Shown here in pieces: positions 12,112-21,930 of a stretch of DNA of 64,000 bases. A program made the translations under genes and the position numbers. The notes under the pieces were generated by a model. That model was given only the letters and a program-made list of their open reading frames with translations, made no database searches and was not told where the DNA came from. Positions within the stretch are counted from its first letter, which is position 1, and each line of letters opens with the position of its first letter. This DNA comes from Burkholderiales bacterium (lineage in GTDB: Bacteria; Pseudomonadota; Gammaproteobacteria; Burkholderiales; SG8-41), in the NCBI GenBank assembly GCA_035524795.1, contig DATKOF010000011.1, positions 52,768-116,767 of the forward strand, in the 5' to 3' direction.

Positions 12112-12300
12112 ATGAAATTCAGGGAAATGCTCAAATCTCCGGTGTTTCCGCCGGGGCATCAGTGGCGGATCGAGAAGCGCAAGGGTGGCTACGAATCCGA
12201 CGTCACCGCGCTGGTGCGCGGCATGCAACGGGACGAACGCATCCGGCAGGATCAGCGTTTTGCCTGGGAGCGCTGGCGCGCCGACAGTCAATCGAAATAA
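12112..12300 (+). CDS. small hypothetical protein, possibly DUF3460-like
   Basis: 62 aa, GGGGGA upstream of ATG; YESDVT...DQR..W segment resembles the betaproteobacterial DUF3460 pattern (from recall). Confidence 0.5.
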   Translation: MKFREMLKSPVFPPGHQWRIEKRKGGYESDVTALVRGMQRDERIRQDQRFAWERWRADSQSK

Positions 12301-12491
12301 CGGCGCCCGGCGGTAATCAGAATACCGTAATGCATTGGCTGGGTTGGTTGCAGAGCGACCGAGCCGCGGGTATTTCTTTGCCCTTCGCCAAGTAATAAAT
12401 AATCTCCAAGGCAACGGTTTTTAATGAACCACGGTGCCTGTGCGGCTTATATCGCCGTGCACCAAGATCTTCCATAGTTATATGGGCTCAT

Positions 12492-12519
12492 TTGACAAGC
12501 CAATGAAAATCCATATAAT
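12492..12519 (+). promoter_or_regulatory. sigma70 promoter (consensus)
   Basis: TTGACA-16 nt-TATAAT. Confidence 0.7.
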
Positions 12520-12578
12520 GCCGCGATTTTTGCATTGCACAATCCAGTTCGCAGGCCACCAGCAATATCAGAAATTTA

Positions 12579-12607
12579 TTGCTTAAGGCCGAGCAAACCA
12601 CTAGAAT
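12579..12607 (+). promoter_or_regulatory. second sigma70-like promoter upstream of the lytic transglycosylase
   Basis: TTGCTT-17 nt-TAGAAT. Confidence 0.5.
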
Positions 12608-12747
12608 CGCCGGGATTTTTTTAGGTGACCACAAGCTATAGTGGTCTTTTGAAATCGGTTTTCGAGGAGATATGTTGCCCTAGCAAGGTGACTATTCACA
12701 CCGGCCAGTGAAGCTGCTGGTGTTTATTACGAAAGGAGGTTTTGCGT

Positions 12748-13449
12748 ATGGCAAAATCACACCCCGAACAGTTGGCCAGCCGCCGACGAGTATGGATCAT
12801 CACGGCCAGTTTCATTTTGCTGGCTTCCCTTGCGTCTTTCAGCCTGTTTTCGATCAACCCGCGCAGCAGCAATGATTGGCTTGCCTTTGTGGAAGAGGGC
12901 ATTGACGGGTTGAATTTTGCGCCTCAGGCGGCGGCATCCCAGTCCGGAACAGGCGTTCCAGCGGGTCCCGAGCTGGCTAAATACCGGGCGATCGGCGAGT
13001 ATCTGGCCCATCGTTATCGCGTGTCGCCCGAAATGACAACGGACATCGTTGCCAGAGCTCATGCGGCAGGCAACTCATTGGGGCTGGATCCGCTGCTGAT
13101 TCTGGCGGTGATTTCGGTCGAGTCGCGCTTCAACCCGATCGCCGAAAGCGGCATGGGGGCGAAGGGGCTGATGCAGATAATTCCCCGTTTCCATAGCGAC
13201 AAGTTCGATTCGGTTGGCGGCGAAGGTGCCGCGTTTCAGCCGGCGACCAATATTCTGGTGGGAAGCCAGGTACTCAAGGAGTATCTGGTACGCACCGGCG
13301 ACATCAATGATGCGCTCCAGATGTATGTCGGCGCCTCTTCCCTGGAGACCGAGAATGGTTACGCGGACAAAGTGCTTGCCGAGCGCGAACGGCTGCGCCA
13401 GGTGCTGCGCCAGTTCCAGAATCGTCGGCAGCAACTGGCCGAGTTGTGA
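12748..13449 (+). CDS. SLT-domain lytic transglycosylase, membrane-anchored
   Basis: LILAVISVESRFNP (catalytic Glu), GAKGLMQI, NILVG; N-terminal TM; AAGGAGG RBS. Confidence 0.9.
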   Translation: MAKSHPEQLASRRRVWIITASFILLASLASFSLFSINPRSSNDWLAFVEEGIDGLNFAPQAAASQSGTGVPAGPELAKYRAIGEYLAHRYRVSPEMTTDIVARAHAAGNSLGLDPLLILAVISVESRFNPIAESGMGAKGLMQIIPRFHSDKFDSVGGEGAAFQPATNILVGSQVLKEYLVRTGDINDALQMYVGASSLETENGYADKVLAERERLRQVLRQFQNRRQQLAEL

Positions 13450-13508
13450 TGTCGCCGGATTCGCCGGCGCCGTGATAAAGTCGGGCCGTCCATATTGATG
13501 GAGCCGCC

Positions 13509-13787
13509 GTGGCCGAAGCGGGTTTTCCCAAGGATTTTTTCGAATTCATGCAGAAGGCGTGGAACCCGCTGTCGTTTCCGCTGCCCGGCATGATTACGCC
13601 GACGGTGAATATCGAGGAAATCGAGAAGAAAATCGGCGAACTCAAAACGGTCGAAGCGTGGTTGACGATGAACACCGGCTTCGTGCAAATGACCATCCAG
13701 ACCCTGGAAATGCAGAAAGCGGCGCTCGAGAGCCTGCGCAGCGGGAACGCGCCCCCGGCCACGCCGGCGGCCGACGCCAAGGGTTGA
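13509..13787 (+). CDS. PhaM-family PHA granule-associated protein (short form)
   Basis: PTVNIEEIEKKIGELKTVEAWLTMN...TIQTLEMQKAAL matches the conserved PhaM N-terminal region; GTG start after GGAG. Confidence 0.7.
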   Translation: MAEAGFPKDFFEFMQKAWNPLSFPLPGMITPTVNIEEIEKKIGELKTVEAWLTMNTGFVQMTIQTLEMQKAALESLRSGNAPPATPAADAKG

Positions 13788-13805
13788 CCGTTTTGCCGCC
13801 CGCAT

Positions 13806-14756
13806 TCAGCCCGCGATATTTTTGAATTTTTCGGCCGCCGCGACGAGTTCGGCGCGGATTCCTGGCTCCCATGCCGAATGGCCGGCGGCAGGCACAATGA
13901 TGTACTCGGCTTCCGGCCATGCGCGATGCAGATCGTCAGCGCTGACGATCGGACATACCGCGTCATAGCGACCCTGCACGATGATGGCGGGGATTCCACG
14001 CAGCCGTCCCGCATTGTCGAGCAGCGAATTCTCGGGCAGGAAAATATCGTGTATGAAGTAATGCGCTTCGAGGCGTGCGAGGCCAAGCGCAACGGCATCG
14101 CTCGCGAAATAGGAAACGGTTTCCGCGCTCGGCAGCAACGTCGAGCATGACCCTTCGTAGACGCTCCAGGCGCGCGCCGCCGGCAGATGTACCGCGGGGT
14201 CGGGATCGATCAGACGGCGATAGTAAGTGCCAAGCAGATCGCGTTGTTCCGCTGCCGGAAGCGCGCCGGCGAACGTGCGCCACGCCTCCGGGAAGAAATT
14301 TTTCAGTCCGTACAGAAACCAGTCGATTTCGCTTTTGCGGCAGAGAAAGATTCCGCGCAGGATGAAACCGAGACAACGACCCGGATGCGCTTCGCCGTAG
14401 GCGAGCGCGAGCGTGCTGCCCCACGAACCGCCGAATACGATCCAGCGTTCGATGCCGAGATGCATGCGCAGCCGTTCGATATCGGCAATCAGTTGCGGGG
14501 TCGTGTTGTCTCGCCATTCACCGAGCGGGGTCGAGCGTCCCGCGCCACGCTGGTCGTAGATGACGATGCGGTAATGGACGGGATCGAAGAAGCGGCGGTG
14601 ATTGGGCGTACTGCCTGCGCCCGGCCCGCCGTGCAGGAACAATACCGGCGCGCCGTCCGGATTGCCCGATTGCTCCCAGTACATGGTATGAATCACATCG
14701 AGCGCTTTCATGCCGCGGGCGAACGGTTCGAGCGGCGGATAAAGTTCGGTGCGCAT
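13806..14756 (-). CDS. pip: proline iminopeptidase
   Basis: LYPPLEP, FLHGGPG, DQRGAGRS, GGSWG nucleophile, QGRYD, AGHS. Confidence 0.95.
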   Translation of the reverse strand: MRTELYPPLEPFARGMKALDVIHTMYWEQSGNPDGAPVLFLHGGPGAGSTPNHRRFFDPVHYRIVIYDQRGAGRSTPLGEWRDNTTPQLIADIERLRMHLGIERWIVFGGSWGSTLALAYGEAHPGRCLGFILRGIFLCRKSEIDWFLYGLKNFFPEAWRTFAGALPAAEQRDLLGTYYRRLIDPDPAVHLPAARAWSVYEGSCSTLLPSAETVSYFASDAVALGLARLEAHYFIHDIFLPENSLLDNAGRLRGIPAIIVQGRYDAVCPIVSADDLHRAWPEAEYIIVPAAGHSAWEPGIRAELVAAAEKFKNIAG

Positions 14757-14817
14757 GATGAATTCAAACATAACACAGACGCTGTGCGACCGGGGTTTAC
14801 AATAGCGGGGGACAGCC

Positions 14818-16335
14818 ATGACAACGATCAGACAGGAGGATTTCATCCAGAGCATCGCCGATGCGTTGCAGTTCGTCTCCTACTACCATCCGGTCGATTT
14901 CATCAAAGCGATGAACGAGGCGTACCGGCGCGAGCAGTCGCCGGCCGCGAAGAACGCGATCGCACAGATCCTGATCAACTCACGAATGGCGGCGGAGGGG
15001 CATCGGCCGGTATGCCAGGACACCGGCATTGATGTCGTGTTCCTGAGAATTGGCATGGATGTGCGCTGGGACGCCCGCTTGTCGGTCACCGAGATGGTGA
15101 ATGAGGGCGTGCGCCGCGCCCATCTCGATGCCGATAATCCGTTGCGCGCCTCGATCGTGAGCGATCCCGACGGCGCGCGCGCCAACACCGGCGACAATAC
15201 GCCGGCCGTGGTACACATGCAGGTGGTGCCCGGCGATCGCGTGGAAGTGAAACTCGCGGCGAAAGGCAGCGGTTCCGACAGCAAATCGAGGTTCACCGCG
15301 CTCAATCCCAGCGACAGCGTGGTCGACTGGATCCTCGGACAGGTACCGGCGCTCGGCGGCGACTGGTGCCCGCCCGGCATTCTCGGCGTCGGCATCGGCG
15401 GCACCCCGGAAAAAGCAATGCTGCTCGCCAAGGAATCTCTGCTCGAACACATCGACATTCACGAGCTGCAGGCGCGCGGCGCCCGCACACGCGCCGAGGA
15501 ATTGCGCCTCGAGTTGTACGAAAAGGTAAACGCGCTCGGCATCGGCGCGCAGGGTCTCGGCGGCATGGCGACAGTGCTCGACGTCAAGGTGCTCGATTAT
15601 CCGACCCATGTGATCATGAAGCCGGTCGCGATCAACCCCAACTGCGCGGCGACCCGTCACGTCAAGTTCACGCTCGACGGCTCCGGCCCGGCGCAGTTCG
15701 CGCCGCCCCGCCTCGACGACTGGCCGCAGATCACGGTTGATCTGGCACGTGGCGCGCGGCGCGTCAACCTCGATGCATTGACCAAGGCCGAGACCGCGAC
15801 GTGGAAGGCGGGCGAGCGGCTGTTGCTGAGCGGCAGGCTGCTGACCGGCCGTGACGCCGCGCACAAGCGCCTAGTTGACCTGATTGCCAAAGGCGAACGG
15901 CTGCCGGTCGATTTCACCAATCGCCTGATCTATTACGTCGGCCCGGTGCGCGCGGTGCGCGACGAGGTGGTCGGACCCGCGGGGCCGACCACCTCGTGCC
16001 GCATGGACAAATTCATGGAGGCGATGCTGGCGCAGAGCGGACTGCTCGGCTCGATCGGCAAATCGGAGCGCGGCGAGCAAGGCCTGGCCGCGCTCAAGCG
16101 CCATCGGGGCGTGCATCTGATCGCAATCGGCGGCGCCGCCTACCTGGTCTCGAAAGCAATCCGCGCCGCGCGCGTGCTGGCATTTCCCGATCTCGGCATG
16201 GAGGCGATCCACGAATTCCAGGTGGTGGACATGCCGGTCACCGTCGCGGTGGACAGCAACGGCAATTCGATCCACGACAGCGGGCCGCGCGAATGGCGCA
16301 CCAGGATCGCCGGCATCCCGGTCAAGAATGCCTGA
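14818..16335 (+). CDS. class I (Fe-S) fumarate hydratase family enzyme, divergent
   Basis: CQDTG, DNTPA, CPP, CAATRH, GRDAAH, YYVGP, GPTT, GK; several motif variants (see findings). Confidence 0.85.
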   Translation: MTTIRQEDFIQSIADALQFVSYYHPVDFIKAMNEAYRREQSPAAKNAIAQILINSRMAAEGHRPVCQDTGIDVVFLRIGMDVRWDARLSVTEMVNEGVRRAHLDADNPLRASIVSDPDGARANTGDNTPAVVHMQVVPGDRVEVKLAAKGSGSDSKSRFTALNPSDSVVDWILGQVPALGGDWCPPGILGVGIGGTPEKAMLLAKESLLEHIDIHELQARGARTRAEELRLELYEKVNALGIGAQGLGGMATVLDVKVLDYPTHVIMKPVAINPNCAATRHVKFTLDGSGPAQFAPPRLDDWPQITVDLARGARRVNLDALTKAETATWKAGERLLLSGRLLTGRDAAHKRLVDLIAKGERLPVDFTNRLIYYVGPVRAVRDEVVGPAGPTTSCRMDKFMEAMLAQSGLLGSIGKSERGEQGLAALKRHRGVHLIAIGGAAYLVSKAIRAARVLAFPDLGMEAIHEFQVVDMPVTVAVDSNGNSIHDSGPREWRTRIAGIPVKNA

Positions 16336-16407
16336 AGCGGGTTGCTGCGCCGGCATCCGGCGCGCGTCTGCTATAGTTTTGTTTTCGGATTCCTTCGGAC
16401 ACGAAAG

Positions 16408-16923
16408 ATGAGCCGGGCCTTCATCAAGGAAAGCGACGAACAACTGTCCGCCGACGAGTTGCCGGAGCGCCCGCCCAGCGAACATCCGAATTACGTGACG
16501 CCGCGCGGCCTCGAGCAATTGCACGTCCGCCAGCAGCAGTTGCAGCACGAGCACGCGCAACTCGCGGAGCAGGACGATCCGCTGCTGCGGCAGAGAAAAC
16601 TGGAGACCGAACGCGACTTGCGCTATTACAACGCCCAGATTGCACGCGCGACCGTGGTTGATCCGGCCGGCCAGCCGCACAACGAGGTGCGGTTCGGCGC
16701 AGCGGTCATCATTCGCGACGAGCAGGGTGCGCGACACGAATTTCATATCGTCGGCGACGACGAAGCCGATATTATTTCCGGCTGCATCAGCTGGGCGTCA
16801 CCGCTCGGCAAAGCGCTGATCGGCGCCGCCGTCGGGGACCGCGTCACATGGCAGCGCCCCGCCGGCACCGTGGAAGTCGAGATCGTCGACATCGGTTATC
16901 CGCCGGCCGTCGCCGGCACGTAA
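16408..16923 (+). CDS. GreA/GreB-family elongation factor-like protein
   Basis: MSRAFIKE, NYVTPRG, VRFGA, IVGDDEAD, ISWASPLGKALIG. Confidence 0.85.
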   Translation: MSRAFIKESDEQLSADELPERPPSEHPNYVTPRGLEQLHVRQQQLQHEHAQLAEQDDPLLRQRKLETERDLRYYNAQIARATVVDPAGQPHNEVRFGAAVIIRDEQGARHEFHIVGDDEADIISGCISWASPLGKALIGAAVGDRVTWQRPAGTVEVEIVDIGYPPAVAGT

Positions 16924-16930
16924 CGCGGGC

Positions 16931-17842
16931 ATGATTTTTCTTTCCCTCGCACTTGCGCTGCTGATCGAGCAGCAGTGGCCGCTGCGCGGCGGCAATCCCG
17001 TTTACGCCGGTTTCGCCCGTCATGTGTCGCGACTGGCGCGCGGCTTCAGCGCCGGCGGCGGCGTGATATCGTGGCTGCTCGCGGTGGTGCCGTCGATGCT
17101 GGCCACGATGGTGGTTTCATGGTTGCTGCATCGCGCCGGCGGTGTGTTTATGCTGGTATGGAACGTCGGTGTTCTGTATCTGGCGCTCGGGTTCCGTCAT
17201 TTCAGTTATTTTTACACTGATATTGCGCAGGCATTGCAGCGCGGCGATTTGGCGCGCGCGCGGGATCTGGTCGGCGAATGGCGCGGCCGGCAGGCGGCTG
17301 AACTGGATGAGAACGAGGTTGCGCGCGTCGCGATCGAGCTCGGCCTGACGTATTCCCACCGCCATGTGTTCGGCGTGATCGCGTGGTTTCTCGTGCTGGG
17401 GCCGGCCGGCGCGATTGGTTACCGGCTGTCGGCACTGCTGGCGGCGCGCTGGGGCGATACGCACGACGACGAACGACCTGTATCCGGGCAGTTCGCGCGC
17501 CGCGCCTACCAGATCATCGACTGGATTCCGGCACGGCTGACCGCGCTCGGCTTTGCTGCGGCCGGCGATTTCATGGGCGCAGTCGAGTGCTGGCGCGACC
17601 AGGCAGCGGACTGGCCCGAGCCGAACCATGGAGTGGTACTGGCGGCCGGCGCCGGCGCGCTCGGCGTCAGGCTCGGCGGCATGTTATATCGGGAAAACGG
17701 CATCGAGGAGCAGAGGCCGTTGCTGGGCGACGGCGGCGAAGCCGGCCTCGATTATATGCAGGCGGCAATCGGGCTGATCTGGCGCGCGCTCGTGTTGTGG
17801 ATGTTCCTGATCCTGCTCGCGACCATCGCCAGCCGGTTGTGA
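16931..17842 (+). CDS. CobD/CbiB (AmpE-like) membrane protein
   Basis: multi-TM; HRHVFGVIAWF, LGPAGAIGYR, IDWIPARLTA, GALGVRLGG. Confidence 0.8.
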   Translation: MIFLSLALALLIEQQWPLRGGNPVYAGFARHVSRLARGFSAGGGVISWLLAVVPSMLATMVVSWLLHRAGGVFMLVWNVGVLYLALGFRHFSYFYTDIAQALQRGDLARARDLVGEWRGRQAAELDENEVARVAIELGLTYSHRHVFGVIAWFLVLGPAGAIGYRLSALLAARWGDTHDDERPVSGQFARRAYQIIDWIPARLTALGFAAAGDFMGAVECWRDQAADWPEPNHGVVLAAGAGALGVRLGGMLYRENGIEEQRPLLGDGGEAGLDYMQAAIGLIWRALVLWMFLILLATIASRL

Positions 17843-17850
17843 CCGCGCGC

Positions 17851-18192
17851 CTACAGCTCGAACAGCCGGTCGAGCTTGGCGGCACAGATGAAATCGTTCT
17901 CGGAAAGACCGCCGATCGCGTGCGTCGAATAGGCGACGCGGCACTGGTTGTAGCCGAGCGCGATGTCGGGATGGTGATCCTCGCGGTGCGAGATCCACGC
18001 CGTTGCATTGACGAATGCCAGCGTCTGGTAATAGTTCTTGAACGCGTAGCTCTTGGCGATCACCTTGCCGTCGCCGTCGCATTCCCAGCCCTTCAGTTGC
18101 TTGAGCAGGGTCTCGATTTCCTGCGGCTTCAGCGGCGCGACGCCGCCTTCGCAGGCTTTGCATTTCCTGTGCGCAAGATCGGGTGTGGTCAT
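17851..18192 (-). CDS. phhB: pterin-4-alpha-carbinolamine dehydratase
   Basis: CKACEGG, FKNY, EDHHPD, THAIGGLSENDFICAAK. Confidence 0.92.
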   Translation of the reverse strand: MTTPDLAHRKCKACEGGVAPLKPQEIETLLKQLKGWECDGDGKVIAKSYAFKNYYQTLAFVNATAWISHREDHHPDIALGYNQCRVAYSTHAIGGLSENDFICAAKLDRLFEL

Positions 18193-18200
18193 CAGTGGCC

Positions 18201-18506
18201 TCACGGAAAATGATAATAGGTGCGGTTCAGGAACGCCGCAACGTGGATTTCCTCGGCGGCCGTCCAGCGCGCCCCGGTTTGCGTTTCGCAGAAACGGATG
18301 CGGTTCAGCAGCGCGGCGGCGTCGGGAATGATGCTGTTGGGGCGGGTGAAGATGCCGCTGCCGTCGCCGCCGACGATTTTCACATGGCACGAATTGCAGC
18401 GCGCGGCATCGAACAACCGCTCGCCGGTGTCCGGCGCGCCCTGCGGAAACGGATCGGCCGGCGCGGATGTCGCGCACATCGTGAGCAGAAGCGGCAGCAG
18501 GCGCAT
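18201..18506 (-). CDS. small periplasmic monoheme cytochrome c
   Basis: signal peptide, GERLF..CNSCH heme motif, distal RFC...W...FLNRTYY segment. Confidence 0.8.
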   Translation of the reverse strand: MRLLPLLLTMCATSAPADPFPQGAPDTGERLFDAARCNSCHVKIVGGDGSGIFTRPNSIIPDAAALLNRIRFCETQTGARWTAAEEIHVAAFLNRTYYHFP

Positions 18507-18520
18507 GAGGTTCCGATCCG

Positions 18521-19765
18521 TCAGGCTGCGCCGGATTGCAGCCGCGCGATGCGCAGGGGTGCCGGCGGGTGCGAATCGTAGAATGCCGAATGCAGCGGAT
18601 CGGGCGTCAGCGTCGCCGCATTGTCCTTGTAGAGCTTGATCAGCGCCGACACCAGCGCCGGCGCCGACGCGTGGCGCGCGGCGTAACGGTCGGCTTCGAA
18701 TTCGTGCCGGCGCGCGTAAACGCTGGTCAGCGGATGCAGCAGGAACGCGAACTGCGGGCTGACCAGAAAAAACAGGATCAGCGCCATTGCGGTCGATGGC
18801 GTCTGCACGCCGAGCCCGGCATAGAACCACGGCGCATCGATCAGGCGCGAGAGCAGCCACAGCAAACCGAGGCTGGCGGCGAAAATCCACGCCATGCGCT
18901 TGACGACGTGCCGCAGCCTGAAGTGACCGAGTTCGTGCGCAAGCACCGCTTCGACTTCGGCGGCGTCGAGCCGTTCCAGCAGCGTATCGAAAAACACGAT
19001 GCGTTTGGATTTGCCGAAGCCGGTGAAATAGGCGTTGCCGTGGCTGCTGCGGCGTGAACCGTCCATCACCATCAACCCCTGCGCGCGAAATCCGCAGCGC
19101 GCGAGCAGTTGTTCGATCCGATGTTTGAGTTGCGGGTTGTCGAGCGGCGAGAATTTATTGAACAGCGGCGCGATCCAGATCGGATACACGATCAGCAGCA
19201 GCAGATTGAACGCGACCCACACCAGCCAGGTGTAGATCCACCATGCGTCGCCCATGCGTGCCATCAGCCACAGCACCGCGCCGACCAGCGGGATGCCGAA
19301 CGCGGTCGCGACCAGCGCGTGTTTCAGCGTATCGGCCACGAACATGCGCGGCGTCATCTTGTTGAAGCCGAAACGCTGTTCGATGCGGAAGGTGCGGTAG
19401 CAGGCGAGCGGCAGCTCGGCCAGCGTCAGCACCGCGGCGGTGAGCGCAATCAGCGCGACGCCGCGCACGATGCCGGGCCCGATGCCGGCGGCGGCCAGTT
19501 CGTGCGCCAGCTGCAAACCGCCGCCGAAAGTGAGCGCGAGCAGCACGCCGGCTTCCAGCAGCGCGCCGGCGATCTCCAGCCGCGTTTTGGCGATGCTGTA
19601 ATCAGCGGCTTTCTGGTGGGCGTCGAGCGTGACCTGTGCGCCGAATCCGGCGGGAACCGCAGTACGGTGCCGCCGGATGTGGGTGATATGGCGCGCGGCG
19701 AGCCACAGCTTGACGGCGGTCGTCGTCAGCAGCGCGGCCAGAAAGGCGATCGAGAACGCGGACAT
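18521..19765 (-). CDS. M48 family (Ste24-like) membrane zinc metalloprotease
   Basis: FGFNK, NAYFTGFG, AVLAHELGH, EFEAD, SHPP. Confidence 0.92.
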   Translation of the reverse strand: MSAFSIAFLAALLTTTAVKLWLAARHITHIRRHRTAVPAGFGAQVTLDAHQKAADYSIAKTRLEIAGALLEAGVLLALTFGGGLQLAHELAAAGIGPGIVRGVALIALTAAVLTLAELPLACYRTFRIEQRFGFNKMTPRMFVADTLKHALVATAFGIPLVGAVLWLMARMGDAWWIYTWLVWVAFNLLLLIVYPIWIAPLFNKFSPLDNPQLKHRIEQLLARCGFRAQGLMVMDGSRRSSHGNAYFTGFGKSKRIVFFDTLLERLDAAEVEAVLAHELGHFRLRHVVKRMAWIFAASLGLLWLLSRLIDAPWFYAGLGVQTPSTAMALILFFLVSPQFAFLLHPLTSVYARRHEFEADRYAARHASAPALVSALIKLYKDNAATLTPDPLHSAFYDSHPPAPLRIARLQSGAA

Positions 19766-19827
19766 GGCGCTGGTTATCTTACCACCGCAAACTGTGACAA
19801 AATACGCCCATTTTTCTCCCGCCGCCT

Positions 19828-20376
19828 ATGCCCCAGGACGCCAGCAACCTGATCTGGATCGACATGGAAATGAGCGGTCTCAATCCGGAAACGGACAAGG
19901 TTCTCGAGATCGCGATCGTCGTCACCGATTCGAATCTCAACACCGTGGCCGAGGCGCCGGTGCTGGTGGTGCACCAGGGCGACGCGGTACTCGATGCGAT
20001 GGACGCATGGAACCAGTCGACGCACGCCAAATCCGGACTGGTCGCGCGCGTCAGGGCCTCGACGCTGACCGAAGCCGAAGCCGAGGCGCGGATGATCGAA
20101 TTTTTGCAGCAGCAGGTGCCGGCGGGCGTGTCGCCGATGTGCGGCAATTCGGTGCATCAGGACCGCCGCTTCCTGTCGCGCTATCTGCCGAAACTCGAAG
20201 CGTACTTCCATTACCGCAATCTCGATGTCAGCACGCTGAAGGAACTGATGAAGCGCTGGCGGCCGGAACTGGCGGCGGGGATGACCAAGCACGGCAAACA
20301 CGAGGCACTCGCCGACATCTACGAGTCGATCGACGAACTCAAGTACTACCGCGAGCATTTCCTGAAGCTGGGCTAG
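19828..20376 (+). CDS. orn: oligoribonuclease
   Basis: [39 protein letters not shown] (DEDDh). Confidence 0.97.
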   Translation: MPQDASNLIWIDMEMSGLNPETDKVLEIAIVVTDSNLNTVAEAPVLVVHQGDAVLDAMDAWNQSTHAKSGLVARVRASTLTEAEAEARMIEFLQQQVPAGVSPMCGNSVHQDRRFLSRYLPKLEAYFHYRNLDVSTLKELMKRWRPELAAGMTKHGKHEALADIYESIDELKYYREHFLKLG

Positions 20377-21908
20377 CGGGCGCTTTTGTAGAACTGAATC
20401 AAACCACGTGTGGAATCGTCGAGTCCGGCCGGCAGTTGCGAGTGGTCGAGCGCGGTCAGGATGCCGGCGGCGAGTTTCTTGCCGAGTTCGACGCCGGGCT
20501 GGTCGAACGGATTGACGTCCCACACCGCGTTCTGCACGAACACCTTGTGTTCATAGAGCGCGAGCAGCATGCCGAGCGCGCGCGGCGTCAGCTTCTTCAG
20601 CAGGATCGAATTGCTCGGCCGGTTGCCGGGAAACGCCGCGCCGTCTCCGTTCATCAGCGCCGCGGTCTGCGCCAGAAAGTTGGCGATCAGCATGTCGTGC
20701 TGGCGTCGCGGTTCGTAGTGCGGCTCGCACGCCGCGATGAAATCGGCCGGAATCAGCCGCGTGCCCTGGTGCAGCAGCTGGAAGAACGCGTGCTGGCCGT
20801 TGGTGCCGGTCGCGCCCCAGATTACCGCACCGGTGTCGTAATCGACGGCCGCCCCGCCGCGCGTCGTGGATTTGCCGCTCGACTCCATGTCAAGCTGCTG
20901 CAGGTAGGCGGGCAGCAGCGCGAGAGGCTCCGCGTACGGCAGCACCGCGTGGGTCGCGGCGCCGAAGAAATCGTTGTACCAGATGCCGAGCAGCGCGAGG
21001 ATTGCCGGCAGATTGCGCGCCAGCGGCGCGTTTCTGAAGTGTTCGTCCATCGCGCGCGCGCCGGCCAGCATGTCTTCGAAGCGCGGCATGCCGATCGCGA
21101 GCACCACCGGCAGTCCGACCGCCGACCACAGCGAGTAGCGTCCGCCGACCCAGTCCCACATCGGAAACACGTGCTCCGGCGCGACGCCGAAGGCGGCCGC
21201 GCGCTCCGGTCTTGCGGTGACCGCCGCGAAGCGTGCCTTGCCGGCCGCCCACGTGCGCGCGGTCTCGGCATTGGCCAGCGTCTCAAGCGTGGTGAAGGTT
21301 TTCGAGGTGACGATGAACAGTGTCGTCGCCGGATCCAGCATCGCCAGCGTGCGCGCCAGCGCCGCGGGATCGACGTTGGCCACGAAGTGCAGGCGCGGGC
21401 CGTCCGCGTACGGCGCGAGCGCTTCGACTGCAAGTGCCGGCCCGAGGTGCGAGCCGCCGATGCCGAGATTGATGACGTCGGTGATTTTTTTTCCGGCTGG
21501 AGTGGAGACTTTCCCCGATCGCACGCCGTCGCTGAACACGCGCATCCGCTCGCGCGTCGCGCGGATCTGCGGCAGAACGTCGGTGCCGTCCATCATGACC
21601 GGCGTATCGCCGCGCAGCGCGGTGTGAAGTGCAGCACGGCCTTCGTTGACATTGATCCGGTCGCCGCGGAACATGCGCTCCGCCTGGCCCGCGACATCGC
21701 GCTCCTTGGCGAGCGCGATTAGCAGCCGCATGGTTTCGGCGTCGACCAGATTTTTCGAATAGTCGAGCAGCAGGCCGTCGAGTTCGAGCGAGAAATTCTC
21801 GAAGCGCCGCGCGTCGGTCGCGAACAGCTGTGCGAGGGTCACGGCGGCCAGCGTCCTGCGGTGCGCCGCGAGCGCCTGCCAGACCGGAGAAAGGGTGAGC
21901 GGCGACAT
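20373..21908 (-). CDS. pgi: glucose-6-phosphate isomerase
   Basis: [56 protein letters not shown]. Confidence 0.95.
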   Translation of the reverse strand: MSPLTLSPVWQALAAHRRTLAAVTLAQLFATDARRFENFSLELDGLLLDYSKNLVDAETMRLLIALAKERDVAGQAERMFRGDRINVNEGRAALHTALRGDTPVMMDGTDVLPQIRATRERMRVFSDGVRSGKVSTPAGKKITDVINLGIGGSHLGPALAVEALAPYADGPRLHFVANVDPAALARTLAMLDPATTLFIVTSKTFTTLETLANAETARTWAAGKARFAAVTARPERAAAFGVAPEHVFPMWDWVGGRYSLWSAVGLPVVLAIGMPRFEDMLAGARAMDEHFRNAPLARNLPAILALLGIWYNDFFGAATHAVLPYAEPLALLPAYLQQLDMESSGKSTTRGGAAVDYDTGAVIWGATGTNGQHAFFQLLHQGTRLIPADFIAACEPHYEPRRQHDMLIANFLAQTAALMNGDGAAFPGNRPSNSILLKKLTPRALGMLLALYEHKVFVQNAVWDVNPFDQPGVELGKKLAAGILTALDHSQLPAGLDDSTRGLIQFYKSAR

Positions 21909-21930
21909 GCGGTCGGGGGAGGTGGGCCGT

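Noticed and set aside
12025..12480. Integrative element at tRNA-Thr
   Set aside because: No integrase and no clear direct repeat of the tRNA 3' end; the nearby CACCGGATAT similarity is too short
16931..17842. Cobalamin biosynthesis cluster or B12 riboswitch linked to nrdJ
   Set aside because: Lone CobD/AmpE-like gene with no other cob genes; no cobalamin riboswitch consensus recognised upstream of nrdJ
20373..21908. pgi as a pseudogene because it is shorter than typical
   Set aside because: Reading frame intact with all catalytic motifs; only loop deletions
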